A DNA stretch of 64,000 nt, taken from assembly GCA_046728115.1 (NCBI GenBank), contig JBKPDW010000197.1, positions 16,151 to 80,150 on the forward strand, read 5' to 3'. The position numbers were made by a program, and so were the translations under genes. The stretch comes from Acidobacteriota bacterium (GTDB lineage Bacteria > Acidobacteriota > Vicinamibacteria > Vicinamibacterales > CAVVIG01). Shown one piece after another: positions 26,713 through 35,741 of the stretch. Numbering within the stretch: the stretch's first letter is position 1; every line of letters begins with the position of its first letter. The notes beneath the pieces were generated by a model. It was not told the origin of the DNA and ran no database searches. It worked only from the letters and a program-made list of their open reading frames with translations.

Positions 26713-26741
26713 ATAATACTGGACTTTGCCATCTATGCCAA
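26713..26741 (-). promoter_or_regulatory. Predicted sigma70-type promoter of csp (overlaps the purH start)
   Basis: Minus strand has TTGGCA (26741-26736), a 17-nt spacer, then TATTAT (26718-26713). This predicts a leader of about 100 nt. Confidence 0.5.
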
Positions 26742-28363
26742 GAGCCCTGCTGAGCGTTTCAGACAAAACCGGCATCGTCGATCTCGGCCGCGGCCTCGCT
26801 GCCCGCGGCTTCGAGCTCGTGTCCACAGGTGGAACAGCGCGAACGATGACGGCTGCCGGTCTTCAGGTGACCGGCGTGTCGGAAATCACCGGTTTCCCGG
26901 AGATGATGAACGGCCGCGTCAAGACGCTGCACCCGAATCTGCACGGCGGCATTCTGGCGCGGCGCGATCGGCCCGACGACCTCGCGTCGCTCGACCGATT
27001 AGGTATCGGACTCGTCGATCTGGTTGTGGTCAATCTGTATCCTTTTGCGCAGGCGGCGGCCAAAACGGATACGCCGTTCGCTGCGCTCGTTGAGGAGATT
27101 GATATTGGCGGTCCGTCGCTCGTGCGCGCCGCAGCGAAGAACTTTCGCGACGTGCTGGTCGTCGTCGACCCCGCGGACTATGCAGATGTGTTACGGGCGA
27201 TAGACGAAGGCCCAACGCTCGAATTTCGCTTCGCGCTGATGCGGAAGGCGTTTGCGCATACGGCGCAATACGACACGACGATCGCGGCGACGCTGGCATC
27301 AATGGATGCAAAAAGCGGCGCCGTCGAACGCCTGGCAGGTTCGGCTGCGGCCGCGCGGTGCATCGACATTCGGAAGATTGGTGACCTGCGATACGGCGAA
27401 AATCCCCATCAGGAAGCCGCGTTGTACGCACTCGATGGAGCGCGGCCCCTCGACGCACTCCGGGTCGTCCCGAGCATCGTCGAGGGACGAGGCTTCGGCC
27501 GAGCGACCATCCTTCAAGGCAGGGCACTGTCGTTCACCAATCTCCTCGATCTCGACGCCGCCCTTCGCATCGCCCTGGAATTCGACGAGGCCGCGGCTGT
27601 AGTCGTCAAGCACACAAATCCCTGCGGCGCCGCGACCGGCGATTCGTCGTGCGACGCGTACATTCGCGCGCGCGATGCCGACCGCCTGGCGGCTTTTGGT
27701 GGAATCGTCGCCCTGAACCGGCCGATCGACGTCGCCGCTGCGCAGGCCATCGTGTCCACGTTTATCGAAGCGGTGATCGCGCCGGCGGTCGACGCCGAGG
27801 CACGCGAGATTCTCGGGAACAAAACGAACATGCGCGTGCTGACGGTCGATTTCGCATCGCTCGCTGAAGGCGGTGTCGAGTACCGATCAATTCTGGGCGC
27901 GGTGCTCGCGCAGGAGCGCGATCGCGTCGTCGAAGCACGGCAGGCCTGGACGTCGGGGTCGCTGCCGGACGGCATGCGCGTGGCGACACGACGGCCACCG
28001 TCCGTGGACGAGTGGGCGGCATTGCGCTTCGCGTGGCGAATCTGCGCGCACGTGAAATCGAACGCCGTGATCTTCACCGACGCACGTCGAACACTCGCCG
28101 TCGGCGCCGGTCAGATGAGTCGCGTGGATGCGGTCAACGTCGCAGTGATGAAGGCCCAGGCCGCGAATGAGGTGCTGACCGGCTCGGTCGCGGCGTCCGA
28201 TGCGTTCTTCCCGTTCCGCGACGGTCTGGATGCCGTGGCGAAAGCCGGCGCCACGGCGGTCGCGCAGCCGGGTGGATCGGTGCGCGACGCCGAGGTCGTC
28301 GCCGCCGCGGACGACCACGGTCTGGCGATGGTGTTTACCGGCAGAAGACATTTTCGGCATTGA
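26735..28363 (+). CDS. purH: Bifunctional AICAR transformylase / IMP cyclohydrolase
   Basis: MPRALLSVSDKTGIVDLGRGLAARGFELVSTGGTA..., VKTLHPNLHGGIL and the C-terminus HGLAMVFTGRRHFRH. The ORF track starts at TTG 26726. Confidence 0.95.
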   Translation: MPRALLSVSDKTGIVDLGRGLAARGFELVSTGGTARTMTAAGLQVTGVSEITGFPEMMNGRVKTLHPNLHGGILARRDRPDDLASLDRLGIGLVDLVVVNLYPFAQAAAKTDTPFAALVEEIDIGGPSLVRAAAKNFRDVLVVVDPADYADVLRAIDEGPTLEFRFALMRKAFAHTAQYDTTIAATLASMDAKSGAVERLAGSAAAARCIDIRKIGDLRYGENPHQEAALYALDGARPLDALRVVPSIVEGRGFGRATILQGRALSFTNLLDLDAALRIALEFDEAAAVVVKHTNPCGAATGDSSCDAYIRARDADRLAAFGGIVALNRPIDVAAAQAIVSTFIEAVIAPAVDAEAREILGNKTNMRVLTVDFASLAEGGVEYRSILGAVLAQERDRVVEARQAWTSGSLPDGMRVATRRPPSVDEWAALRFAWRICAHVKSNAVIFTDARRTLAVGAGQMSRVDAVNVAVMKAQAANEVLTGSVAASDAFFPFRDGLDAVAKAGATAVAQPGGSVRDAEVVAAADDHGLAMVFTGRRHFRH

Positions 28364-28427
28364 TCACTCGGGCTCGCGCCCGGCTTGCCCGTAGCGCGAA
28401 GGCTTTAGCCGAGCGGCCGCGAGCGCT

Positions 28428-29438
28428 TCACGCGTGCGGAACCGACGCGATCAATTCTTCACGCGTGAGCGTCGCCGGACCGAACTTTCCAACGACGATG
28501 CCGGCGGCATGGTTCGCGAGTATCGCGGCCTCCGCCAGCGTTCCACCGGCCGCCAACGCCAGCGCGATGGTGGCCACGACGGTATCGCCCGCGCCTGTCA
28601 CGTCGGACACTTCGCGCGCAACCGCGGGAATCGATGTCTCGATGTCTGGCGACGACAGCCACATGCCATGCTCGCCGAGTGTCATCAGCACGGCTTCGCA
28701 TCGCACGCGCTCACGCAGCTCTCGTCCGGCCGCCCGGGCATCCTCGTCCGTGCGAATCCGACGGTGGGTGGCGGCTTCGGCTTCGTGAAGATTCGGCGTA
28801 ACGAGAGCGGCTCCGGCGTAGCAGCCCACATGAGCGATCTTGGGGTCGACGATCAGGGGACGTTCGCCTGAACGGCTCGCGCTCGGACGTCCCGCCGCAA
28901 TCAGCGCCTCGATCACCGGCCGCGTGATCGTGCCCTTCAGGTAATCGGAGACCAGCAGCGAATCGGCGTGCCGCGCGAGTTGGTTCACCCGCTCGATCAC
29001 CGCACGGCCGACGTCGCCAGAGGCATCGCTGTCGGCCTCGTAGTCGATGCGCGCGACCTGTTGATTGCGTTCGGTCACCACGCGCACCTTCTCGGTCGTT
29101 GGCCGCTGCCTGTCCTCGACGAGTCCGTCGCACGCAATTCCTGCCGCCGTCAATTGTTCGCGAAGCTGCTCGGCCGCGCGATCCGCGCCGATCAGTCCGA
29201 CGAGCAACAGACGCCCGCCAAGCGCCACGATGTTGTTCGCGACGTTGGCCGCACCGCCGAGCCGCACGTGCTCGGAGTGGAAGCGGACGATGGGAACGGG
29301 CGCCTCGGGCGAGATGCGCGTGACGTGCCCGACGATGAAACGATCGAGCATCACGTCTCCGACGACCAGCACGCGGGTACCGGAGAACCGCGCGACGAGA
29401 TCGCGAGCGCGCCGCGGGTCGAGGGAGGCGAACGTCAA
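28428..29438 (-). CDS. D-glycero-beta-D-manno-heptose-7-phosphate kinase (RfaE domain I / HldA-like, PfkB family)
   Basis: VLVVGDVMLDRFIVGHVTRISPEAPVPIV...GGAANVANN...DVTGAGDTV. The TTG start at 29438 overlaps the stop of the upstream gene (TTGA). The upstream 270 aa of ORF 28428..30245 is a shadow over the ligase gene. Confidence 0.85.
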   Translation of the reverse strand: MTFASLDPRRARDLVARFSGTRVLVVGDVMLDRFIVGHVTRISPEAPVPIVRFHSEHVRLGGAANVANNIVALGGRLLLVGLIGADRAAEQLREQLTAAGIACDGLVEDRQRPTTEKVRVVTERNQQVARIDYEADSDASGDVGRAVIERVNQLARHADSLLVSDYLKGTITRPVIEALIAAGRPSASRSGERPLIVDPKIAHVGCYAGAALVTPNLHEAEAATHRRIRTDEDARAAGRELRERVRCEAVLMTLGEHGMWLSSPDIETSIPAVAREVSDVTGAGDTVVATIALALAAGGTLAEAAILANHAAGIVVGKFGPATLTREELIASVPHA

Positions 29439-30631
29439 GTGCGGGCAGCCGAGGCGCGATCCGCCGCAGCCGGCAACGTCACCAGAATGAGGAATAGCAT
29501 CAATACTTCGGAATCGCCAAAGTTGTACTCGAACATCCCCGCGATGAGGAGTGCGGCGACAACGGCCAGCGCTGCGGCGCTGAGGAACGGCTGGCTGCCG
29601 GATCGAAATCGTTTGAACAGGTCGCGACCGAGCGCGACGATGAACCAGATCCAGATCGCGAGGGCGGGGAGGCCGCGCTCCGCCGCGATCTGCACGACGT
29701 TGTTGTGGAGGTGCGGGTTCACCTTGTTGACGGCGTCGGGCCCGCGGAATTCCTCGTACCGCCGCTCGATCATGTTGGGGCCGACGCCTGTGAGCGGATT
29801 GGCCGCAATCATGCGGCCGCCTTCCCTCACCATCGCGACGCGGTCGAGACGCGTCGGATCCTTCGCGTCGAACATCGAGATGAACCGCTGCGTGACCAGA
29901 CGCGGCGCCAGCGCCAGGAACACGGCCGCGACAATCGGGATGATGGCGAACAGCCGGAAGTCCTTCAGCGAAAACAGCAGCGCCGTCGCTGCGCAGACGC
30001 CGACGGCCGCACTTCGCGTCGAGGTCAACGCCACGGCCACGGCGAGCGCCGGCATCACGAGCGCGGCCCACAGACGTCCATACGAGAGAAAGAGGATGCG
30101 AGCCAGGGCGACGCCGATGATCATCATCAGCAGGCCCGAGTACGTCATGTAATGGCCAAGGAGTCCGCGCGGCCGCTGGCTGAGCTGATCCCAATGAAGG
30201 ATCGCGTATTCGACGATGCCAATCACGGCGCTGGCCATGGCACACGAGATGGCGATCGTCACCAGCGTCACACCGCGCGATCCTGACGCAAGCCTATAGG
30301 TCAGCGGGACCAGCAGGAACAGGACGAGCTGCTTGCAGTCGATGATGCTCGCCCGCGGATCGCTCGAGAACGCCGCCGAAACCAGCGTTGCGCCTGCATA
30401 AACGAGCAGCGGCCAGAAGAACGATGGCGCGTCGATCCGTTCGTGGCGCGCCAGGATGAGGGCCACCCAGCAGATGAGCGCAACCGTCAGCAGTATCTGG
30501 GCGGCGGCGATCGAGAACTGCAAGGCGCCGGCAATGCCGAACAGCGCGAGGACGCCGAAGTGCTCGAACGGATCCGCGCGAAGCGGCCGCGGCGCCTCCA
30601 GTGCGAGAGCGTCTGTCATCGTTCGAGACAT
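29435..30631 (-). CDS. O-antigen ligase (WaaL)-family polytopic membrane protein
   Basis: About 10 hydrophobic helices, a periplasmic-loop region, and LPS gene context. Alternative start ATG 30619 gives an ATGA overlap with the GT9 stop. Confidence 0.7.
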   Translation of the reverse strand: MSRTMTDALALEAPRPLRADPFEHFGVLALFGIAGALQFSIAAAQILLTVALICWVALILARHERIDAPSFFWPLLVYAGATLVSAAFSSDPRASIIDCKQLVLFLLVPLTYRLASGSRGVTLVTIAISCAMASAVIGIVEYAILHWDQLSQRPRGLLGHYMTYSGLLMMIIGVALARILFLSYGRLWAALVMPALAVAVALTSTRSAAVGVCAATALLFSLKDFRLFAIIPIVAAVFLALAPRLVTQRFISMFDAKDPTRLDRVAMVREGGRMIAANPLTGVGPNMIERRYEEFRGPDAVNKVNPHLHNNVVQIAAERGLPALAIWIWFIVALGRDLFKRFRSGSQPFLSAAALAVVAALLIAGMFEYNFGDSEVLMLFLILVTLPAAADRASAART

Positions 30632-31737
30632 TTTATCGCGGCCTCGACGACCTGCCCCGGTTCAATGCGAGTCAGGCACCGGAAGTCGCCGGGTTCGCAT
30701 ACGCGTTGATCGCACGGGCGACAGGGCAGCCCGTGGACCTGCAGTGGAATCGTGGTCAGTCCAGTGGGGCGCCACGGCGCCCAGGTTTCGGGCAGCGTGG
30801 GACCGTACATCCCGATGATCTTCACCGACGTTGTGGCGGCGACGTGGAGCGGGCCGGTGTCGCAGCCGATGTAGAGTGCCGCGCGCCGGGACAGCGCATG
30901 CAGTTGGTCGAGGGTCCAGTCACGCGGGTCGAGCACGGCTGCGCGAGCGGATGGCGGCAGGCTGGCGCGCGCACCGGCGACGACCGTCGTGGCCGTGTCC
31001 TCGTCAGGACCAGCCACTACCACGAATCGTGTTCGATCATCAGCCGCGGCGATCTCGGCGATCGCCCGAACGAAGTAGTCCGCCGGCCAACGGCGGAAGT
31101 GAATTCGTGCGCCTACGTGCACGATGACAAGGCGATGTTCGGCGCCGATCTCGAGACCGCGCAGCCAGCAATCGATTGCGTCTCCTGCCGCTGGATCCGG
31201 CGTGAGTTCGATTGGGTGCGAATCCGGGGTTGGCCGCGGAATACCGAGGGGTTCGACGAGATCCCATTGATTGTCGACCGTGTGGCGCGGTCGAAGTTCG
31301 CGCGTCCGGCCGACGCGAACGGTGTACAACCACGCACGACCGGCGACTTCGTACCCGATGCGGATCGGCGCGCCGGATACCCACGTGAACCACGAGCTGC
31401 GCGGGCCGCCGTGAAAATCGATGGCCAGATCGTATCGGCGCTGCCGAAGCCAGAGCCCGAGTCCGATATCCTTGAAGAACCGACGCGGCGCCTCCGGGGC
31501 TTCCACGACGACCACGTCGTCGATGTTCGGGTTGCGCTCGACGATGGGCGCCGCAAGGGGTTCGACGAGGTAACTGATCGTCGCCGCCGGAAATCTTTCG
31601 CGGATGGCTCGTACTGCGGGTGTGGTCAGGACGACGTCGCCTATTCGGCGAAGGCGAACCAAAAGGATCCGCGAGAGTTGGCGGGTTGGTGAATTGAGAT
31701 GTTGGCGGGTCGAGGGATTGCCTGGATCGGTATGCAC
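30616..31737 (-). CDS. Glycosyltransferase family 9 (ADP-heptose:LPS heptosyltransferase-like)
   Basis: RILLVRLRRIGDVVLTTPAVRAIRERFP...ISYLVEP and C-terminal GCDTGPLHVAA. Start uncertain: the first roughly 20 codons lie inside an intergenic-type hairpin (31674-31773). Confidence 0.8.
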   Translation of the reverse strand: MHTDPGNPSTRQHLNSPTRQLSRILLVRLRRIGDVVLTTPAVRAIRERFPAATISYLVEPLAAPIVERNPNIDDVVVVEAPEAPRRFFKDIGLGLWLRQRRYDLAIDFHGGPRSSWFTWVSGAPIRIGYEVAGRAWLYTVRVGRTRELRPRHTVDNQWDLVEPLGIPRPTPDSHPIELTPDPAAGDAIDCWLRGLEIGAEHRLVIVHVGARIHFRRWPADYFVRAIAEIAAADDRTRFVVVAGPDEDTATTVVAGARASLPPSARAAVLDPRDWTLDQLHALSRRAALYIGCDTGPLHVAATTSVKIIGMYGPTLPETWAPWRPTGLTTIPLQVHGLPCRPCDQRVCEPGDFRCLTRIEPGQVVEAAIKCLER

Positions 31738-31773
31738 TCGGTCACCAACTCACCGACTCACCAACTCGCCAGC
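31674..31773. repeat. GTTGGYG/CACCAACTC word hairpin between trm112-like and GT9 genes
   Basis: Left arm GAGTTGGCGGGTTGGTGAATTGAGATGTTGGCGGGTCGAG. Right arm CTCGGTCACCAACTCACCGACTCACCAACTCGCCAGC. The arms are imperfect reverse complements. Confidence 0.6.
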
Positions 31774-31946
31774 TAATCAGTCTCGATTGTGGCCTCATCG
31801 ATCAACATGACCGGAATGTCGTCCTTGATCGGATACACACGTTTGCTCGTGGCGCACTTGAGGGCCGTGCCGTTCTTCACCAGCGTCACCGGTGTTTTGC
31901 AGTTGGGGCACGCGAGTATCTCGAGTAATTCAGGATCGACGGCCAT
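31773..31946 (-). CDS. Trm112/YcaR-family small zinc-ribbon-like protein (UPF0434)
   Basis: MAVDPELLEILACPNCKTPVTLVKNGTALKCATSKRVYPIKDDIPVMLIDEA. This is the characteristic family sequence. The ORF track extends it spuriously upstream. Confidence 0.8.
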   Translation of the reverse strand: MAVDPELLEILACPNCKTPVTLVKNGTALKCATSKRVYPIKDDIPVMLIDEATIETD

Positions 31947-31992
31947 GACGGGAATATATGACACCTTCCCGCATTTGTGGAACAATTCAAGT

Positions 31993-34005
31993 ATGAAATG
32001 GGCGTTTTGTCTTCCGGTGTTCCTCGCGTCTGTCGCGGTCGCAGCCGCCGGGCCCCAGGCTCGTCGCACGCAGACCTCAGCGTCGCAACCTGCATCAACC
32101 TCGACTGACAAAACAGCGGAGGCGTACGCGCAGTTCCTCATCGGACATCGGCTTGCTGAAAATGAGGATACCGCCGGCGCGATCGCGGCGTACAAGCGAG
32201 CAATGGAGCTCGACCCTGCGGCGGCAGATATTCCCGCCGAGCTCGCCGGGCTGTATCTGCAGGAGAACAAAGTTCAGGAGGCGATGGCCACGGCCGAGCA
32301 GGCCTTGAAAGTCGAAGCGACGAACCGCGAAGCCAACCGCGTCCTCGGGATTGTGTACGCGGCGATGTCCGAGCAGGGCCGCGATCGTCAGTCGCGGAGC
32401 AATTCCTCCGATCAGTCCGAACAGTACGCCGCGAAGGCCATCGAACATCTCGAGCGCGCGATCGACAAGCCGGTTGGCGAACCCGATCCCAATGTCCGCG
32501 CCACACTCTCGCGTCTGTACGTCCGAACCCGCTCGTACGACAAGGCGATCAAGCTGCTCACCGATCTCGTCAACCAGGAGCCTGGTTGGCAGGATGGCCC
32601 GATGCTGCTGGCTGAAGCCTATGCGGGTGCCGGTCGCACCGCGGACGCGATCACGTTCCTGGAAGAGCGTGGCGCCGACGATCCGAGGTTGCTGCCCGCG
32701 CTGGCAGAGTTCTACGAGCGTGAGCGACGCTGGACGGAAGCCGCCTCGACCTATGCCAGCATCCTGCAGCGCGCGCCCCGAAGCATCGACCTGAAAACCC
32801 GGTACGCGCAGACGCTCTTGAACGCCGGCGGCCGCGAAAACGCCATGAAAGCCCGCGACGCGCTGGCCGACGTCGTGACAGCCCGTCCGACCGAGGCGTT
32901 GCCGCTCTATCTCCTCTCGCAGGCGCAACGCCGCTCTGGCGACGCTCAGGCGGCGGAATCGACGGCGCGACGGTTGATTGCGCAGAGCAAGAACAGCGTG
33001 CGCGGGTACTACGCGCTGGCCGAAGCGCTCGAGGAGCGCCACCAGTACCAGGCGATCGTGAACGAGCTGGCGCCGATCGTCGCACAGAATCGCGGGAAAG
33101 CCGATGACGGCTCGATGGAGGTCGGCGCGCTGCTGCCGCACCTCGGGTTCGCGTATCAGGAGCTGGGCGAATACGACAAGGCGATCGCCGCTTTCAGCGA
33201 CGCCCGGAAATTGCTGCCGAAGGACCCGGCGATTGCCGGATACCTGGTCGAGGCGAACATCGCGGCCAAGAAGTACGCCGCCGCATTGGAAGCGGCAAAG
33301 TCGGCGCTCGTCGATAATCCGAACGATCTGCGGCTCACGCGGCTGCACGCACAGACGCTGCGATTGACCGGCAAGGGCGATCAAGGCATTACGCAGCTCG
33401 AAGCCGCGGCGCAGGCGCACGCCGACGATCCGTTCTCATACGTCGTGCTCGCACAGGGCTACGTCGATGCCGATCGCGCTGCGCAGGCGATCAAGGTGCT
33501 GCAGGATGCGCAGCTGAAGTTCCCGGATGACAACGCCATTGCGTTCGAGCTCGGCGCGGCGTTCGACAAACAGAAGAAGTTCGCAGATGCCGAGGCGGCG
33601 TTCCGGCAGGTGCTCGACCGCGAGCCGGACAACGCCGCCGCGCTGAACTATCTCGGCTACATGCTCGCCGAGCGTGGTGAGCGTCTCGACGAATCGGTCG
33701 GCTACCTGAAGAAGGCGTTGCAGATGGAACCGGACAACGGTTCCTATCTCGACAGCCTCGGCTGGGCCTATTTCAAGTCGGACAAGCTCGACCTCGCCGA
33801 GGACAATCTGCGGCGCGCAGCCGACCAGTTGAAGACGAACTCCGTGATCCAGGATCACTACGGCGACGTGCTGTTCAAGCTGGGGCGCTTCGGCGAGGCG
33901 ATCGCGGCATGGACCCGTGCGCTGTCCGGCGACGGCGACTCAGTCGACCGCGGAGACATCGACAGGAAAATCCGCAGCGCGAAACAGAAACTTCCCAAAA
34001 AGTGA
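31993..34005 (+). CDS. Secreted tetratricopeptide-repeat protein (about 670 aa)
   Basis: ATG 31993 with signal peptide MKWAFCLPVFLASVAVAAAGP. TPR units run throughout (AIAAYKRAMELDP, ALNYLGYMLAERG, SYLDSLGWAYFK). Confidence 0.75.
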   Translation: MKWAFCLPVFLASVAVAAAGPQARRTQTSASQPASTSTDKTAEAYAQFLIGHRLAENEDTAGAIAAYKRAMELDPAAADIPAELAGLYLQENKVQEAMATAEQALKVEATNREANRVLGIVYAAMSEQGRDRQSRSNSSDQSEQYAAKAIEHLERAIDKPVGEPDPNVRATLSRLYVRTRSYDKAIKLLTDLVNQEPGWQDGPMLLAEAYAGAGRTADAITFLEERGADDPRLLPALAEFYERERRWTEAASTYASILQRAPRSIDLKTRYAQTLLNAGGRENAMKARDALADVVTARPTEALPLYLLSQAQRRSGDAQAAESTARRLIAQSKNSVRGYYALAEALEERHQYQAIVNELAPIVAQNRGKADDGSMEVGALLPHLGFAYQELGEYDKAIAAFSDARKLLPKDPAIAGYLVEANIAAKKYAAALEAAKSALVDNPNDLRLTRLHAQTLRLTGKGDQGITQLEAAAQAHADDPFSYVVLAQGYVDADRAAQAIKVLQDAQLKFPDDNAIAFELGAAFDKQKKFADAEAAFRQVLDREPDNAAALNYLGYMLAERGERLDESVGYLKKALQMEPDNGSYLDSLGWAYFKSDKLDLAEDNLRRAADQLKTNSVIQDHYGDVLFKLGRFGEAIAAWTRALSGDGDSVDRGDIDRKIRSAKQKLPKK

Positions 34006-34007
34006 AC

Positions 34008-34094
34008 GTTCCACCACGGTGGACCGGGGGGACGCGGAGGTCAACATCTGTGAGTCGCTTCCTCCGTGTCCGGTGTGTCCTCCGTGGCAGAGAG
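34008..34094 (+). repeat. Palindromic intergenic element, CACCACGGAGGACAC family, copy C
   Basis: gttCCACCACGGTGGACCGGGGGGACGCGGAGGtcaacatctgtgagtcgcttCCTCCGTGTCCGGTGTGTCCTCCGTGGCAGAGAG. Confidence 0.8.
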
Positions 34095-34886
34095 CTGACC
34101 GCTGTAACAGTTGTCGCGTTGGCTGCGGCATCTTGTGGCGCGCCGCTCGTGAAACTGCCGCAGGGGCAGGGCACGCCCGCTGCCGATGGCCGCGAGGTTC
34201 TGGCCGACGCCACTCGGGCATGCAGCGCTGTGTCCACGATCACCGCGGAGATCGGCGTCACCGGCTCGGTGGGCGGCAGGCGTCTCCGCACGCGCCTTAC
34301 TGCAGGTCTTGCGGCTCCGGCCTCGGCGCGGCTCGAAGCGGCCGCGCCATTCGGAGCGCCGCTGTTCATCCTGGTCGCGACCGGCAACGATGCGACGCTG
34401 CTGCTTCCGCATGACGGACGGGTCGTCGAGCACGCGTCTCCGGCGTCGGTCCTCGAAGCTCTTGCCGGTGTGCCGATTGATGCGGGTGCTCTGCGGATCG
34501 CACTCACCGGATGCCCATCGGCTGCGAACGCGGCGAATGCCAGGCAGGTCGCTGACGACTGGCGCGTCATGGCCGACGGCACGAATGAGATCTACCTGCG
34601 AAGGGAGAAACAGTCCGCGGCGTGGCACCTCGTGGCAACGATCTATCACCCGCAGTCGGGCCCCGTGTGGCGGGCGGAATACGGCGACTACCAGGCAGGT
34701 CTCCCGCACGCTGTCCGGTTTGCGGGGAGTGCACCCAATAGCTTCGATCTACGCTTGACGTTGTCGCAGGTCGAGACCAACGTACCGTTGGATGCCGATG
34801 TGTTCCAGCTTCGCGTTCCACCCGATGCTGATCCGATGACGATCGACGAGTTGAAACGTGCGCGTCCGGGCTTTCGCGAAAATTAA
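34050..34886 (+). CDS. Putative outer-membrane lipoprotein (LolB-like by position and size)
   Basis: GTG start 9 nt after the GGAGG of the repeat. Lipobox-like ALAAASC. Sits immediately upstream of ispE, as lolB does in E. coli. The family assignment is an inference. Confidence 0.5.
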   Translation: MSRFLRVRCVLRGRELTAVTVVALAAASCGAPLVKLPQGQGTPAADGREVLADATRACSAVSTITAEIGVTGSVGGRRLRTRLTAGLAAPASARLEAAAPFGAPLFILVATGNDATLLLPHDGRVVEHASPASVLEALAGVPIDAGALRIALTGCPSAANAANARQVADDWRVMADGTNEIYLRREKQSAAWHLVATIYHPQSGPVWRAEYGDYQAGLPHAVRFAGSAPNSFDLRLTLSQVETNVPLDADVFQLRVPPDADPMTIDELKRARPGFREN

Positions 34887-35706
34887 TCGCTCCCTGCACG
34901 TGCTCGGCACGCGCGCCGACGGACACCACGAGCTGCGAACCGTCTTTCAATCGATCGCGCTGCACGACACACTCACCGTTCAGCGCCGGCCCGGCCCGTT
35001 TCGTCTCACGTGCGACGATCCCAATCTCGCCGTCGACAGATCGAATCTCGTCGTCCAGGCCGCCGAGGCTGCATGGAAGGCTGCCGGTCGTCGAGGCGTA
35101 CCGCGCGATGTCTCGATGCATCTCGTCAAACGGATTCCGCTGCAATCCGGACTTGGCGGCGGCAGCAGTGACGCGGCTGCGACGTTGAGAGCGCTCGCGC
35201 GGATCTGGCGCGTGAACGACGAACGCATCCGGACGATCGCGCCGGCGCTTGGCGCGGATGTACCGTACTTTTTCGAAGGCGGCACCGTGCTCGGCCTCGA
35301 GCGCGGCGATTTGCTGTTTCCGCTGATGGATTCTCCGTCGGCGTGGGTGGTTCTGGCGCTGCCGGATTTCGGCGTCAGCACGCGCGATGCTTTTGCTTGG
35401 TTTGATGCCGCCTCCGTCCCCCCGACGGGGACGGAGGTGGGGCCGGCGACGGAGGTCGTGCGAAACGATCTCCAGCCGGCAGTCGAGAAACGCCACCCCG
35501 AAATTGCGCGCGTCGTCTCGGCACTGGGTGGAGCAGGCGCTCTGCAGGCGGCGATGTCGGGCAGCGGCTCGGCCGTCTACGGCCTCTTCACCAGTCGGTC
35601 GGCGGCACAGCGCGCGGCTGCGCGGGTGGCGGCGTCGCTCTGCCCCCGGACGTTGGTCACCCGAACCGTGACGCGCGCCGCCTACCGCCGACTTGCCGGC
35701 ACGTGA
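34858..35706 (+). CDS. ispE: 4-diphosphocytidyl-2-C-methyl-D-erythritol kinase
   Basis: RAFAKINRSLHVLGTRADGHHEL, KRIPLQSGLGGGSSDAAATL (GHMP kinase motif) and MSGSGSAVYGLF. Confidence 0.9.
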   Translation: MRVRAFAKINRSLHVLGTRADGHHELRTVFQSIALHDTLTVQRRPGPFRLTCDDPNLAVDRSNLVVQAAEAAWKAAGRRGVPRDVSMHLVKRIPLQSGLGGGSSDAAATLRALARIWRVNDERIRTIAPALGADVPYFFEGGTVLGLERGDLLFPLMDSPSAWVVLALPDFGVSTRDAFAWFDAASVPPTGTEVGPATEVVRNDLQPAVEKRHPEIARVVSALGGAGALQAAMSGSGSAVYGLFTSRSAAQRAAARVAASLCPRTLVTRTVTRAAYRRLAGT

Positions 35707-35741
35707 GCCCGTCGGATACACTAAATGTTTGCTGGACCTTC

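Noticed and set aside
28428-30245. 605-aa ORF that would fuse an N-terminal 270-aa region to the heptose kinase.
   Set aside because: The N-terminal part is an out-of-frame overlap of the O-antigen-ligase-like membrane protein gene and has junk composition. A TTG at 29438 overlapping the upstream stop (TTGA) gives a normal 336-aa PfkB-type kinase.
31789-31992. N-terminal extension of the TPR protein (ORF track start 31789) overlapping the Trm112-like gene. Similar upstream extensions were considered for nuoC (8860), nuoN (18284), prs (35844), rpsF (38406), rpsR (38875), ORF 43454 and rlmB (51786).
   Set aside because: The extensions overlap neighbouring genes, tRNAs or repeat elements. They lack signal or conserved N-terminal motifs. 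Internal starts give canonical N-termini, often with SD sequences or stop-start overlaps.
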